A stretch of 33,611 bases of DNA, taken from assembly GCA_027364775.1 (NCBI GenBank), contig DAHXOS010000014.1:1-33611 (forward strand), in the 5' to 3' direction. The stretch is from a bacterium. GTDB taxonomy: Bacteria > Patescibacteriota > Microgenomatia > Daviesbacterales > UBA10151. The notes beneath the pieces were generated by a model. That model saw nothing but the letters and a program-made list of their open reading frames with translations. It made no database searches and was not told where the DNA came from. The position numbers were made by a program, and so were the translations under genes. Shown one piece after another: positions 15,548 through 25,479 of the stretch (within the stretch, counting starts at the first letter, position 1; the number at the start of each line of letters is the position of its first letter).

Positions 15548-16126
15548 CTATTTTGAAACAAATTTATTGTCTTTTATATAAAACCTTAACTTTAAATTAG
15601 TAGCTTTAGTTATGCCAATTCTACTTGAGGAGATGATAGTATATTTATCTACTTTTCCGAAATGATTTGCTGAAAGGATATAAATAGGAGACTGAGTTAA
15701 ATAATGGCCGTTATAATCTAAATTAATTGCCAGGGACTGAGTTAACCGAGCCGGACCATTAGTTAAATTATTTAGATTATCAGTTTTTCGCCTTACTTTC
15801 ATTAACTCTATACCTTTAATTGGCTCTAACGCTCTAATTAATACTGCTTCAGCTTGATTTTTTTTGCCTGTGACAACATTAATACAGTAATACAATCCAT
15901 AAATTAAATAGACATATAAATGTCCAGCTGCCCCAAACATAACCTTATTTCTTGAAGTTTGTCCTTTATAACTGTGAGATGCAGGGTCATTTACTAAATA
16001 GGCTTCTGTCTCAACAATTTTACCGATGACTTTTCCTCCGGATAGTTCTGAAACTAAGTAACAACCAAGTAATTGTTTGGCTATACTCTCTGTTGATTGA
16101 TTGTAAAATTTATTATTTAAAATCAT
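15548..16126 (-). CDS. mpg: DNA-3-methyladenine glycosylase (Mpg/AAG family)
   Basis: ETEAY, DPASHSYKGQTSRN, MFG and GHLYVY motifs typical of the family. Confidence 0.9.
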   Translation of the reverse strand: MILNNKFYNQSTESIAKQLLGCYLVSELSGGKVIGKIVETEAYLVNDPASHSYKGQTSRNKVMFGAAGHLYVYLIYGLYYCINVVTGKKNQAEAVLIRALEPIKGIELMKVRRKTDNLNNLTNGPARLTQSLAINLDYNGHYLTQSPIYILSANHFGKVDKYTIISSSRIGITKATNLKLRFYIKDNKFVSK

Positions 16127-16489
16127 TGCCCTTATTTTACTTTAAAAGGTTTTTTAACATATTCCTTACTATTTTTTTGCATTGTTATATTTTTATAAAT
16201 TTATGATTAATTCATGAAAAAATTACTGCCCGAATTTTTCAGGCAAACTCTCAAAAATACCTTTTTTTATGATCTATTTTTGATCATGACTTCTCCTTTA
16301 ATTTAAAGTTTAGCAAAATTTAAGATTTTTAAAATCAACTTAGAACCTGGGATACTAGAATCTATTTTAATTTTATGGTTAGTATAATAGTTGAAATATA
16401 TTGATATTATTTACCACTAAAAGTTAATTTTACCTGCTTCTTACTCCTTTTTATTTAATTTCTCTAAATATCTGTTTAGAATTGAACCC

Positions 16490-16753
16490 ATGAATATCTT
16501 AGCTTGGGTATTATTTGGTGTGATAACCGGTTTTATAGCTAATTTAGTTGAACCGTCTCCAAGCTTTGGTGGGTTAGTAGGGGCAGTAATTTTAGGTATT
16601 TTGGGTGCAATATTAGGGGGTTTTTTAGCTAATTTAGTATTGGGTGTATCTATAACAGGGTTCAATTTATCTTCTTTTGCAATCTCAATTTTAGGTTCTT
16701 TATTTATACTTTTTGTAAATAGGATAGTTAGCCGTGGGGAAAGGGAAATTTAG
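16490..16753 (+). CDS. GlsB/YeaQ/YmgE-family stress membrane protein
   Basis: N-terminal ILAWVLFGVITGFIANLV and Gly-rich TM repeats. Confidence 0.8.
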   Translation: MNILAWVLFGVITGFIANLVEPSPSFGGLVGAVILGILGAILGGFLANLVLGVSITGFNLSSFAISILGSLFILFVNRIVSRGEREI

Positions 16754-16763
16754 GATATCCGGT

Positions 16764-17369
16764 ATGGTTTTAGGGACATTTTTTAACAAAGATGATGTCG
16801 AACGTGCAATTTTTGACCTGAATACTTTGGGTTATAACCCTAAAAATATATCGGTTGAGATTAAAGATTTAAATCCATATTTAGGTTACCATTCAGATAG
16901 CGGTTCTGGTATTTTCCCAGGATTATTTTTGGGTGCCGGGATTGGAGGAATGTTAGGTGGTATTGTAGGATTACTGATTGGTTTAGGTACAATTGTATTT
17001 CCGGGAATTAATTCTTTATTTATCGGTCGCTCTTTGGTTGAAATTTTAGGCTTATCTGGAACAGTAGCAACGATTTTTTCGGGTGTGGTTACCGGTTTAT
17101 TAGCTGGAGGATTAATTGGTTTGGGGATTTCCAGAAAAAGTGAGGAGAAAATATTGGTCTCAGTGCCAACTGCAATACGGCAGCAAAATGAGGTTAGGGA
17201 GGTTTTCCAAGCTTATGGCGCTAGCCAGATAAAAACAGTAAAAGATTTTTTAGCTTCCAAAATGACGACTAGCCAACCGGAATATAGTAGTTTAACCCAA
17301 AGTATAAGATCATCTTCACCGGCTTTTTATTCAGAGGTTAGAAGAACAACTCTTAAAAAAAGAACTTAA
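16764..17369 (+). CDS. Membrane protein with an N-terminal general-stress (YflT-like) domain and Gly-zipper TM region
   Basis: ORF track (16734 GTG). ATG 16764 avoids overlap with the upstream gene. Call rests on composition and pattern only. Confidence 0.55.
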   Translation: MVLGTFFNKDDVERAIFDLNTLGYNPKNISVEIKDLNPYLGYHSDSGSGIFPGLFLGAGIGGMLGGIVGLLIGLGTIVFPGINSLFIGRSLVEILGLSGTVATIFSGVVTGLLAGGLIGLGISRKSEEKILVSVPTAIRQQNEVREVFQAYGASQIKTVKDFLASKMTTSQPEYSSLTQSIRSSSPAFYSEVRRTTLKKRT

Positions 17370-17382
17370 TTTTAGACGAAAA

Positions 17383-17401
17383 AACCCGCACGTAGCGGGT
17401 T
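17383..17401 (+). terminator. GC-rich hairpin AACCCGC-ACGTA-GCGGGTT after the membrane-protein operon
   Basis: 7-bp stem read directly, 14 nt after the stop. A-tract upstream but no U-tract downstream, so it is atypical as an intrinsic terminator. Confidence 0.35.
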
Positions 17402-17492
17402 CTCTCGAAAACCTACCTTGCAGTAAGCAAATGTTATCTTAGCAAATATTTTTTTGCTTGGTCAATTGATGCAGAATATATCAAATTAGGAC

Positions 17493-17957
17493 ATGGTATA
17501 TAATAAACTCATGATATTTTTGGGTGCTGATCATAGAGGTTTTGAACTTAAAGAAAGAATTAGGAAACTTCTTTTGGATGAAGGTTATCAGATAACTGAT
17601 TTAGGAAATAAACAGCTTGATCCAGGTGATGACTATGTTATTTTTGCAGAAAAAGTTGCAGAAGCAGTAGTAAATGATCCTGCTAACAGAGGTATTTTAT
17701 TTTGTGGGTCTGGTGCAGGGGTTGATATTGTTGCTAATAAAATAGATGGCATCAGGTCTGCTTTAGTATTTGATTTGGCTAGAACAATCCAAGCTAGAGA
17801 ACATGAAGATGTAAACATAATTTCTTTACCTGCAGATACTTTAGAGGTAGAAAAAGCTTATGAAATGGTTAAAGCTTTTTTAAATACAAAGTTTAGTGGT
17901 GAGACAAGACATCTACGGAGGCTTGAGGAATTAAAGGAAGTAGAAGAGCATCACTAA
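17493..17957 (+). CDS. rpiB: Ribose-5-phosphate isomerase B (alternative start 17511)
   Basis: GADHRGFELKE and GILFCGSGAGV motifs of the RpiB/LacAB family. Confidence 0.9.
   Translation: MVYNKLMIFLGADHRGFELKERIRKLLLDEGYQITDLGNKQLDPGDDYVIFAEKVAEAVVNDPANRGILFCGSGAGVDIVANKIDGIRSALVFDLARTIQAREHEDVNIISLPADTLEVEKAYEMVKAFLNTKFSGETRHLRRLEELKEVEEHH
17499..17504 (+). promoter_or_regulatory. -10 hexamer TATAAT, 6 nt upstream of ATG 17511 (likely true rpiB start)
   Basis: Reads TATAAT-AAACTC-ATG. The protein from 17511 starts MIFLGADHRG, the usual RpiB N-terminus. Confidence 0.35.
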
Positions 17958-18616
17958 TGGTTACAATTATTCCAGCAATTTTAGCAACTACACCAGATCA
18001 ATTTAAAGCAGATTTAGAAAAGATAAACAGAAGCCCAAGTTTAGAGCAGGGTTGGTTACATTGTGATTTTGCAGATGGAGAATTTGTAAAAAATAAATCT
18101 GTGGGAGTTGAAGTATTTAACCAAAATAAAATATCTTTAAATCTTGAAGTCCATCTAATGGTTTTATCTCCAGATGAATGGTTTATAAAACTTCAACAAT
18201 TTAATATAAAACGGGTTATTGTGCATATTGAAGTTGATAGTCAAAGATTACAAAATACCATTAAAGCTTGTAAAGACTCCGGTGTGGAGTTAGGGTTAGC
18301 TATAAAAATGGAAACTTCCTTAGAAAAATTAGAACCATACTGGGATATAATAGATTTAGTACTGATAATGTCTATTGAGCCGGGATTTCAGGGGCAACCT
18401 TTTAAGGAAGGTGCATTAGAAAGGGTTAAAGAAGTTAAAAGATTAAGGGAGAAACAAGGATTTAAGTTTAAAATAGGAGTTGATGGTCATATTAATGATA
18501 GTAATATTAAGGAAGCGATAGAGGCAGGTGCAGATAACTTAGTAGTTGGTTCTTATTTATTAAATGGAGATATAGAAGAAAATGTTGAAAAACTTTGGGA
18601 AAAAATTAATTCATAA
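17957..18616 (+). CDS. rpe: Ribulose-phosphate 3-epimerase
   Basis: HCDFADGEFV, HLMV, MSIEPGFQGQ and VDGHIN motifs. ATG overlaps the rpiB stop by 1 nt. Confidence 0.9.
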   Translation: MVTIIPAILATTPDQFKADLEKINRSPSLEQGWLHCDFADGEFVKNKSVGVEVFNQNKISLNLEVHLMVLSPDEWFIKLQQFNIKRVIVHIEVDSQRLQNTIKACKDSGVELGLAIKMETSLEKLEPYWDIIDLVLIMSIEPGFQGQPFKEGALERVKEVKRLREKQGFKFKIGVDGHINDSNIKEAIEAGADNLVVGSYLLNGDIEENVEKLWEKINS

Positions 18617-19238
18617 AGTTAAAAAATCTTCACATTTAATCCAAACAGTTGCTATTTTTGGTTATGCTAATGCCAAAGAGGGAGAAGCTTTATATAAAGA
18701 TGTGTTTGAAGTTACTAAAAAATTAGCTGAGCAAGGTTATACAGTAGTTGATGGTGGAGGGCCGGGGGTGATGCGAGCTGCAACTTTAGGAGCAAAAAAA
18801 GGAGGAGGAAAGGTAATTGGAGTGACGCTTTATCCTAAAGATATGAAGAATTTTGAAGGCCGGGATGCAAAAAATCTATTTGATGTTGAAATAAAAACTG
18901 ATACTTATGTTGAGCGGACACTAACTTTAATGAAACAGGGACAGGTGTATGTTATTTTCAAAGGTGGTACGGGAACAATCTCAGAATTTGGAATGGCTTG
19001 GGGTTTGGCCAGGTTATATTTTGGCCACCACAAACCGCTAATTTTATACGGGGATTTTTGGTATAAAATAATTGGCACATTCAAGGATCATATGCTGCTT
19101 CGTCCTGAGGAACTGAAAGTTTTTAAAATTGTTAATTCACCTAATGAAGTAATTTCAGCTATTAAAGAGTTTGAAAAAGAATATTTAAAAGGAGAGCATA
19201 AACATATTAAGCCTACTAAAAATGGCTTTAGACTTTGA
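18582..19238 (+). CDS. LOG/TIGR00730-family nucleotide phosphoribohydrolase (lysine-decarboxylase-like)
   Basis: GGGPGVMRA and KGGTGTISEF (PGGxGTxxE-type) motifs. Confidence 0.85.
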   Translation: MLKNFGKKLIHKVKKSSHLIQTVAIFGYANAKEGEALYKDVFEVTKKLAEQGYTVVDGGGPGVMRAATLGAKKGGGKVIGVTLYPKDMKNFEGRDAKNLFDVEIKTDTYVERTLTLMKQGQVYVIFKGGTGTISEFGMAWGLARLYFGHHKPLILYGDFWYKIIGTFKDHMLLRPEELKVFKIVNSPNEVISAIKEFEKEYLKGEHKHIKPTKNGFRL

Positions 19239-19244
19239 TATACT
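19236..19244 (+). promoter_or_regulatory. Extended -10 element TGATATACT, 6 nt upstream of the transketolase ATG
   Basis: Reads TGATATACT-TAATTT-ATG (ATG at 19251). Confidence 0.4.
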
Positions 19245-19250
19245 TAATTT

Positions 19251-20108
19251 ATGACTCTTTCTGCTCAAGATGTTGAAAAACTTAAACTGACTGCTAATTC
19301 TATCAGAGAAGATATTATTAAAATGCTGCTTGAAGCAAAATCCGGGCATTCTGCAGGTCCTCTAGGTTTAGCGGATATTTTTACAGCACTTTATTTTAAT
19401 GTCCTTAAACACGACCCTAAAAACCCTAATTGGGAAGAAAGAGACAGATTGGTTCTATCGTGTGGACATACCTGTCCGGTTTTATATACTGTTATGGCTT
19501 ATGCCGGGTATTTTGATAAAACTGAGTTACTAACATTAAGGAAATTAGGTTCAAGGTTGCAGGGTCATCCTCACCGGACTGCTTTGCCCGGTTTAGAAAC
19601 TACCTCAGGTCCATTAGGGTCCGGTCTTTCTCAAGCTTCCGGTATGGCTTTGGTAGGAAAGACAGATCAAAAATCCTGGAGAGTTTATTGTGTGATGAGT
19701 GATGGGGAGCAAGATGAAGGAAATACATGGGAGGCGGTAATGTTTGCTGCCAAGTATAAATTAGATAATTTAACTGCAATTTTAGATAGAAACAATATTC
19801 AAATAGATGGACACACAGAAGATGTGATGCCGCTTGATTCATTAAAAGCTAAGTATGAAGCTTTTGGTTGGAATGCTATAGAAATTGATGGGCATGATTT
19901 TAATCAGATAATTGATGCTTACTCTCAGGCAAAAGAACTTAAAGGTAAACCCACTTTAATTTTAGCCAAGACTGTCCCTGGGAAGGGTGTGGATTTTATG
20001 GAAGGAAAATATGAGTGGCATGGTAAAACCCCAAATTCTGAGGAAGCTAAAAAGGCCTTATATGAACTTAGGACTTTGCAGGGAAAGATTAAGTCAGAAC
20101 ATGAATGA
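19251..20108 (+). CDS. tkt: Transketolase, N-terminal (TPP-binding) subunit
   Basis: SGHSAGPLG, GHP, GSLGQ-like GPLGSGLS and SDGEQDEGNTWEA motifs. Confidence 0.95.
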   Translation: MTLSAQDVEKLKLTANSIREDIIKMLLEAKSGHSAGPLGLADIFTALYFNVLKHDPKNPNWEERDRLVLSCGHTCPVLYTVMAYAGYFDKTELLTLRKLGSRLQGHPHRTALPGLETTSGPLGSGLSQASGMALVGKTDQKSWRVYCVMSDGEQDEGNTWEAVMFAAKYKLDNLTAILDRNNIQIDGHTEDVMPLDSLKAKYEAFGWNAIEIDGHDFNQIIDAYSQAKELKGKPTLILAKTVPGKGVDFMEGKYEWHGKTPNSEEAKKALYELRTLQGKIKSEHE

Positions 20109-21126
20109 TAAAAATTTAAATCCTAAACTGTTTGATCAAGATATTGAAAGAGTTCCATCCAGGGATGGTTTCGGTGAAGGACTGGTTTTAGCAGGGGAGC
20201 AGGATAAAAATGTAGTGGCCCTTTGTGCGGATTTAACTGAGTCAACCAGAATGCAGGAATTTAAAAATAAATTTATTGAAAGATTTTTTGAAGTAGGTGT
20301 AGCAGAGCAAAATTTAGTAACTACAGCTTCTGGTATGGCAGCTTGTGGCAAAATTGCTTTTACTGCATCTTATGCTACTTTTTCACCCGGGAGAAACTGG
20401 GAGCAAATCAGAACTACAATTTGTTATAACGATCAACCGGTCAAGATAGTAGGTGCCCACGCTGGAATCTCTGTAGGTCCTGATGGAGCAACTCACCAGG
20501 CCTTGGAAGATATTGCTTTAATGAGGGTGTTGCCAAATATGGTAGTGGTTGTTCCGGCAGATTCTATAGAGGCAAAAAAAGCTACATTGGCAATTGCTAA
20601 AAATAACAAACCAAGTTATATAAGATTATCCAGAGATAAAGTACCAACTATTACCACAGAAGAAACTCCATTTGAAATTAGCCGAGCTGAAGTTTTATGG
20701 GATCTTTCGGCTGCAGAATCATTTAGACATTCTTCATCAGGTCGCTTTGCAGACGTAACAGTTATAGCTTGTGGCCAGATAGTCTATCAGGCTTTGCTGG
20801 CTGCAAAAGAATTGGCTGAAAATAAAATCTCAGTTAGAGTAATTAATTGTCACACTATTAAACCAATTGATGTTAAAACTATAATCCAAGCTGCAGAGGA
20901 AACAGGAGCAATTGTGACTGCTGAGGAGCACCAGATTAATGGAGGATTGGGCTCAGCTGTTGCCGAAGTAGTTTCCGAGCATTTTCCAGTTCCGATTAAG
21001 ATGGTGGGAATTAAGGATCATTTTGGAGAGAGTGGAGAAGGAGGAGAGTTGCTTGAAAAATTTGGATTGACCAAAAAAGATATTATTAAAGCAATCACCC
21101 AAGTTATAAGAGTTAAAAATAAATAA
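20101..21126 (+). CDS. tkt: Transketolase, C-terminal (pyrimidine-binding) subunit
   Basis: FEVGVAEQN and GPDGATHQALEDIA motifs. ATG 20101 overlaps the upstream stop (ATGAATGA). The track's 19987 start lies inside the N-terminal subunit gene. Confidence 0.95.
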   Translation: MNDKNLNPKLFDQDIERVPSRDGFGEGLVLAGEQDKNVVALCADLTESTRMQEFKNKFIERFFEVGVAEQNLVTTASGMAACGKIAFTASYATFSPGRNWEQIRTTICYNDQPVKIVGAHAGISVGPDGATHQALEDIALMRVLPNMVVVVPADSIEAKKATLAIAKNNKPSYIRLSRDKVPTITTEETPFEISRAEVLWDLSAAESFRHSSSGRFADVTVIACGQIVYQALLAAKELAENKISVRVINCHTIKPIDVKTIIQAAEETGAIVTAEEHQINGGLGSAVAEVVSEHFPVPIKMVGIKDHFGESGEGGELLEKFGLTKKDIIKAITQVIRVKNK

Positions 21127-21127
21127 G

Positions 21128-21475
21128 CTAAATTGTTTGGCCTTCAATAATATCTACAGGGGCGTATTTTTTAAGAATCTCTAAGTTTTTAATATTGGCT
21201 TTAAATGCAAAATCGGCAATTTGGCCAACCACCGGAATAAAATCAAGTGAAAAATCTATTAAAACATTTTTGATCATTTGGACAATCTTATCTTGAGGTA
21301 GCTTCATATCTATAGCTATCCAGATAATATAAAAAGACAAAGCAGCTGCAAAAACATCACCGGCTATTGGAAAAAATCCAAGCAAGGGGTCTAGACCAAA
21401 ACGAAATTTCCCAACCCCATATTTATTATCTAGTAAATTTGCCAGGTATTCTGCAGTTTTTAAATGAGAATTCAT
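21128..21475 (-). CDS. DUF4112-family membrane protein
   Basis: LDPLLGFFPIAGD and IPVVGQIADFAFKAN patterns. Confidence 0.7.
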   Translation of the reverse strand: MNSHLKTAEYLANLLDNKYGVGKFRFGLDPLLGFFPIAGDVFAAALSFYIIWIAIDMKLPQDKIVQMIKNVLIDFSLDFIPVVGQIADFAFKANIKNLEILKKYAPVDIIEGQTI

Positions 21476-21533
21476 GCTAACTATTCTAAGAGAAGACTAT
21501 TAGAAAGTGGTAAGTTTAGGTTAATATATTAGT

Positions 21534-21683
21534 ATGGGTTGTGGAGGAGTTTGTGCAACGCTTGCCAGTATAGAAGTTATTTTTAGCCTGATTGGTTATA
21601 TGACTCTTTTTCTTTTTACTTTTTTAATTTCGGTTTTAAGTTATCTATGGAATTTTTTATTAATCCGTCTTTACAAAAAATAA
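21534..21683 (+). CDS. Possible 49-aa hydrophobic peptide (MGCGGVCATLASIEV...)
   Basis: My own translation of a 333-bp gap. No clear SD. Confidence 0.25.
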   Translation: MGCGGVCATLASIEVIFSLIGYMTLFLFTFLISVLSYLWNFLLIRLYKK

Positions 21684-21808
21684 CTTAACAGATAAAGACG
21701 TAACTTATTTTAAATATCATAAAGCTGTTTATTCCAGTACCCCGCGTTTAGAATGGTCTTTAAACTTCGAGTCTTCCACCAACTTCTAATTTAGGTTACT
21801 ATTTAATA

Positions 21809-22801
21809 ATGTTTGATTTAATTTCCATTGGTGATTGTGTAATTGACACTTTTATTCCCTTAATTGATGCTGAAATAATTCAAAAAGAGAATACTGATAC
21901 ATCTCTGCTTGCAATGAGATATGGGGACAAAATTCCAGTAGAACCGTCTATTTCGATGGTTGCAGGTAACGCTGCCAACAATGCAGTTGGGGCAGCACGT
22001 TTAGGGCTAAAAACCGCAATTTATACTAATGTTGGGAATAAAGATGATGATGAAGCCGACAACCGTATTATGGCTAAGTTTAAAAAAGAAAAAATAGATA
22101 CCCGCTATGTTATAGAAAATGCTGATTTACCTTCCAATCATCATGTAGTTTTAAACTTTAAAGGAGAGAGGACTATATTAATTTATCATCAGCCATGGAA
22201 ATTTAACTTACCAGATCTTGACCGGTCAAAGTGGGTATATTTAACTTCCCTATCCCCTTCTTATGTAGATTCAAATTTGGTAGAGCAAATTATTAATTAT
22301 GTTGAAAGGACTAGTACAAAATTAATGTATCAACCGGGAACTTTTCAACTGAAACAAGGGTTAAAAAAGAATGCAAAATTAATTGCTTTATCAGAAGTAT
22401 TTATTTTAAATTTACAGGAAGCTAGGTTGCTAATTGATGGTGATCTAGGATCTAATACTAGTGCTAAGAAGTTATTAAAAGATATACTGAATTTGGGACC
22501 AAAAAAAGTTGTGATTACTGATGGTGGGAATGGGTCATATGGCGCAGATAATCTGGGATTTTACAAATTAGGTTTATTCCCTGCTAAGTTGCTAGAGATG
22601 ACAGGTTCAGGGGATGCTTATGCAACCGGTTTATTAGCCGGGCTATTTCATGGTGAAGAGTTAAAGGAATCAATGAGGTGGGGAGCTGCTAATGGAGCAT
22701 CTGTTGTTGAGCAAATTGGACCTCAAGCAGGTTTACTAACTTTTGAAAAAATGAAAACAGTCTTAAAGTCTTATAATGATATAATAGCAAAGGATATATA
22801 A
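21809..22801 (+). CDS. PfkB-family carbohydrate/nucleoside kinase
   Basis: GGNAANNA-like GNAANNAVG and C-terminal TGSGDAYATG (DTxGAGD-type) motifs. Confidence 0.85.
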   Translation: MFDLISIGDCVIDTFIPLIDAEIIQKENTDTSLLAMRYGDKIPVEPSISMVAGNAANNAVGAARLGLKTAIYTNVGNKDDDEADNRIMAKFKKEKIDTRYVIENADLPSNHHVVLNFKGERTILIYHQPWKFNLPDLDRSKWVYLTSLSPSYVDSNLVEQIINYVERTSTKLMYQPGTFQLKQGLKKNAKLIALSEVFILNLQEARLLIDGDLGSNTSAKKLLKDILNLGPKKVVITDGGNGSYGADNLGFYKLGLFPAKLLEMTGSGDAYATGLLAGLFHGEELKESMRWGAANGASVVEQIGPQAGLLTFEKMKTVLKSYNDIIAKDI

Positions 22802-23665
22802 ATGACTGCCAAAGAATGGTTAGAAAAAGCAAAAAATGAAAAATGGGCAATTGGTGCTTTTAATGTAGGTAATTTAGAAACACTAAAGGCAATTGTCCAA
22901 GCTGCAGCCAATAAAAAATCTCCGATAATCATTGAATCTTCTTCCGGTGAAACAGAATGGATGGGGGCAGATAATATAGTGAGTTTAGCTAGGAATTTTT
23001 CTCAAGACTTTGGAATACCAATTTTAGTTAATTTAGATCATGCTGAAAATCTAGAGGAGTGTGAGATTGGAATATTAGCAGGATATGATTTAATTCATTT
23101 TGACGGTTCCAAGCTACCTCTGGATCTGAATTTGGCAATTTTAAAGCAGGTTGTAGAAAAAGCTCATGCTAAAGGTTTAACAGTAGAGGGAGAAATGGAT
23201 CATATTCAGGGATCATCTGAGGTACATGAAGGATCGGCAGAAGAAGAAGCATCAAAAGGAAAATTTACAAATCCGGAAGCAGCTAAAAAATTTGTGGAAA
23301 ATTCTGGAATAGATATTTTTGCTTCTTTTTTTGGCAATGTTCATGGGGTTTTTTCCGGCAGAGATGAAAATTTAGATATAGATATTTTAGATCAAATTGT
23401 TGCTCAAATCCCTCTTACTTATTTGTCGCTTCACGGAGGATCCGGAATTCCTGATGATCAAGTACAACAAGCTATTCAAAGAGGAGTTGTGAAAGTTAAT
23501 GTTAATACCGAAATAAGGCAGGCCTTTAAAGACTCATTAGAAAAAGTTTTAGCCGAACATCCTGAAGAGTATGCAATGTATAAGATTGAAAAACCACTTT
23601 TAGAGGCTGTACAAAAAATAGTTGAACATAAGATTGAAGTTTTTGGATCTTCAGGAAAAGTTTAA
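22802..23665 (+). CDS. fba: Class II fructose-bisphosphate aldolase
   Basis: NLDH and LHGGSG motifs and family-typical length. Starts 1 nt after the kinase stop. Confidence 0.9.
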   Translation: MTAKEWLEKAKNEKWAIGAFNVGNLETLKAIVQAAANKKSPIIIESSSGETEWMGADNIVSLARNFSQDFGIPILVNLDHAENLEECEIGILAGYDLIHFDGSKLPLDLNLAILKQVVEKAHAKGLTVEGEMDHIQGSSEVHEGSAEEEASKGKFTNPEAAKKFVENSGIDIFASFFGNVHGVFSGRDENLDIDILDQIVAQIPLTYLSLHGGSGIPDDQVQQAIQRGVVKVNVNTEIRQAFKDSLEKVLAEHPEEYAMYKIEKPLLEAVQKIVEHKIEVFGSSGKV

Positions 23666-23686
23666 TTTTAATAGTTACAACCTTCT

Positions 23687-25375
23687 TTATGAGGAAGTTA
23701 CTGTGTGTTTATTAGCATACTCAAAGGTGGCTTCAACTTTTTTATGGGGATTAAAGATACCTTCTTTATCAAAAATTTCTTTTACCTGCTTAAATAAAGA
23801 TACAATATTTTTGCCGTACATCATTTCCAGATATGGTCCCCTGATTAGTCCATCGTTATGTTCTGCCGACATCGAACCTTTATATTCAAAAACTAACTCA
23901 TAAACTTTTCGCGGGAGTTCGGAAATTATTTGAGTATGCCGTTTATCATTAAAGTTCATTAGTGGAATGATATGAAAATTTCCGTTTCCAATATGTCCTG
24001 CAATTGTATAAACTATGTCTTTTTTGTATGGTTCCATTAATTTCTGTAATTTTGGTAAAAATTCAGGTAGAGTTTGGGGGGGGACGATAATATCATCCAT
24101 GATTGGAGCGGTACGTCTGCCTTTAGTCGCATGGTGTCTAAATAGATTAAAACTTTCCCTTCTAATTACCCAATACTTCTTAACATCATCTTTATCTCGA
24201 GTTAAACGGCTTTGCAAATGATAAGATTTAATTGACTCTTGTGCAGATCCAGCCTTTTTATACACTTCCTCAGGTGAATCACCGGTAAATTCAGCCATTA
24301 AAATTAATTTAGGAAAACCGTATCTTATGATCATCAAAGCTTCGGGGATAAAGTTAATAAGTAGCTTAATAATACTATGAGGCTTTATAATCTTTAAAAC
24401 TTCAGTCCAAAATTTGGCTGCAAACTTAACTGTTTGATCATCATAAGATTCAAAACTTTCCGGTTTATATTCTAAAACTTTATTGACAACATTACCCAAA
24501 TTATCAAGGTTATATAAAAAGATAACTAATAATTGGGAGAATTTTTTTGGAGTAACTAATTTAAATTCTATTTCCGTAATTACACCTAACGTCCCCTGAG
24601 AACCAATAATTAATTTTGTAAGATCAAAAGTCTCACCATCCCAGACCTTCCATAGTAAGTAACCGGTAGAGTTTTTGGTTACTTTTGGTTCAGCTTCTTT
24701 TATTAACTTATCGTTTTTACTGACAAGTTCAAAAATTTGTTTATACAACCTTCCTTCAAAATCATTTTGTGCTATTTTTTTATTAAGCTCAGCTTTATTC
24801 AAAGGTTTAATTAAATATTCATTTCCATCTGCGAGTATTGCTTTAAGCTGTTTAACATAGTTTTCAGTTTGACCAAAAGAAAGTGTTTTTTCTCCAGCAG
24901 AATTATTGCCAACCATTCCACCTACTGTATTTAATTCCCGGGAAGCAGGATAACAAGGAAGTAGCAAATCATGCTTTAGAGTTTCAACTTCAAAATCCCT
25001 ATAAAACATTCCTGGTTGGACTATAGCAGAATCTTTGTCTATAGAAATTAGTTGGTTAATATGCTTTGTCATATCTAAAATTATCCCCTCACCAATTGCT
25101 GCCCCTGACATATCTGTTCCAGCAGATCTGGGAGTAATCGATAGCTTAAGTTCTGGATGCTCATTAATATATTTCACCACTGCTTTAATATCTTCAGAAT
25201 CTTTTGGAACTACAATAATTTTTGGAGTGATTTCAAAAATCGAGGCGTCTTTGCTATATGTTTTTAAGGATGCTGGATCATCAATAACTTTACCCTTAAC
25301 TATTTTTTGCAGGTTATCTTTTAATTCCATTTGGTTAGTTAAAATTATTGTATCAGTAGATGCTACAAACAGCAA
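23687..25375 (-). CDS. FAD-linked oxidase (GlcD/D-lactate dehydrogenase-like); true start possibly ATG 25330
   Basis: FAD_binding_4-type PRSAGTDMSGAA and GGMVGNNSAGE. C-terminal EHNDGL. Confidence 0.85.
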   Translation of the reverse strand: MLFVASTDTIILTNQMELKDNLQKIVKGKVIDDPASLKTYSKDASIFEITPKIIVVPKDSEDIKAVVKYINEHPELKLSITPRSAGTDMSGAAIGEGIILDMTKHINQLISIDKDSAIVQPGMFYRDFEVETLKHDLLLPCYPASRELNTVGGMVGNNSAGEKTLSFGQTENYVKQLKAILADGNEYLIKPLNKAELNKKIAQNDFEGRLYKQIFELVSKNDKLIKEAEPKVTKNSTGYLLWKVWDGETFDLTKLIIGSQGTLGVITEIEFKLVTPKKFSQLLVIFLYNLDNLGNVVNKVLEYKPESFESYDDQTVKFAAKFWTEVLKIIKPHSIIKLLINFIPEALMIIRYGFPKLILMAEFTGDSPEEVYKKAGSAQESIKSYHLQSRLTRDKDDVKKYWVIRRESFNLFRHHATKGRRTAPIMDDIIVPPQTLPEFLPKLQKLMEPYKKDIVYTIAGHIGNGNFHIIPLMNFNDKRHTQIISELPRKVYELVFEYKGSMSAEHNDGLIRGPYLEMMYGKNIVSLFKQVKEIFDKEGIFNPHKKVEATFEYANKHTVTSS

Positions 25376-25479
25376 AGCCCTTATTATTTAGTCTACAAAG
25401 GATAATTAGAAAAATAGGCAGGATACATAAGATAAATTGATTGTTGGTTGTGGTAAGATAGTATGTCAAGGGATATTTT

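Noticed and set aside
16214-16306. 30-codon ORF (MKKLLPEFFRQTLKNTFFYDLFLIMTSPLI) in the 363-bp gap upstream of the GlsB-family gene
   Set aside because: It has no SD, no motif, and no supporting signal beyond an ATG in AT-rich DNA. It cannot be supported from sequence alone.
19987-20100. Upstream extension of the transketolase C-terminal subunit ORF
   Set aside because: The extension lies out of frame within the 3' end of the N-terminal subunit gene and translates to non-homologous sequence. ATG 20101 gives the normal N-terminus and a typical ATGAATGA coupling overlap.
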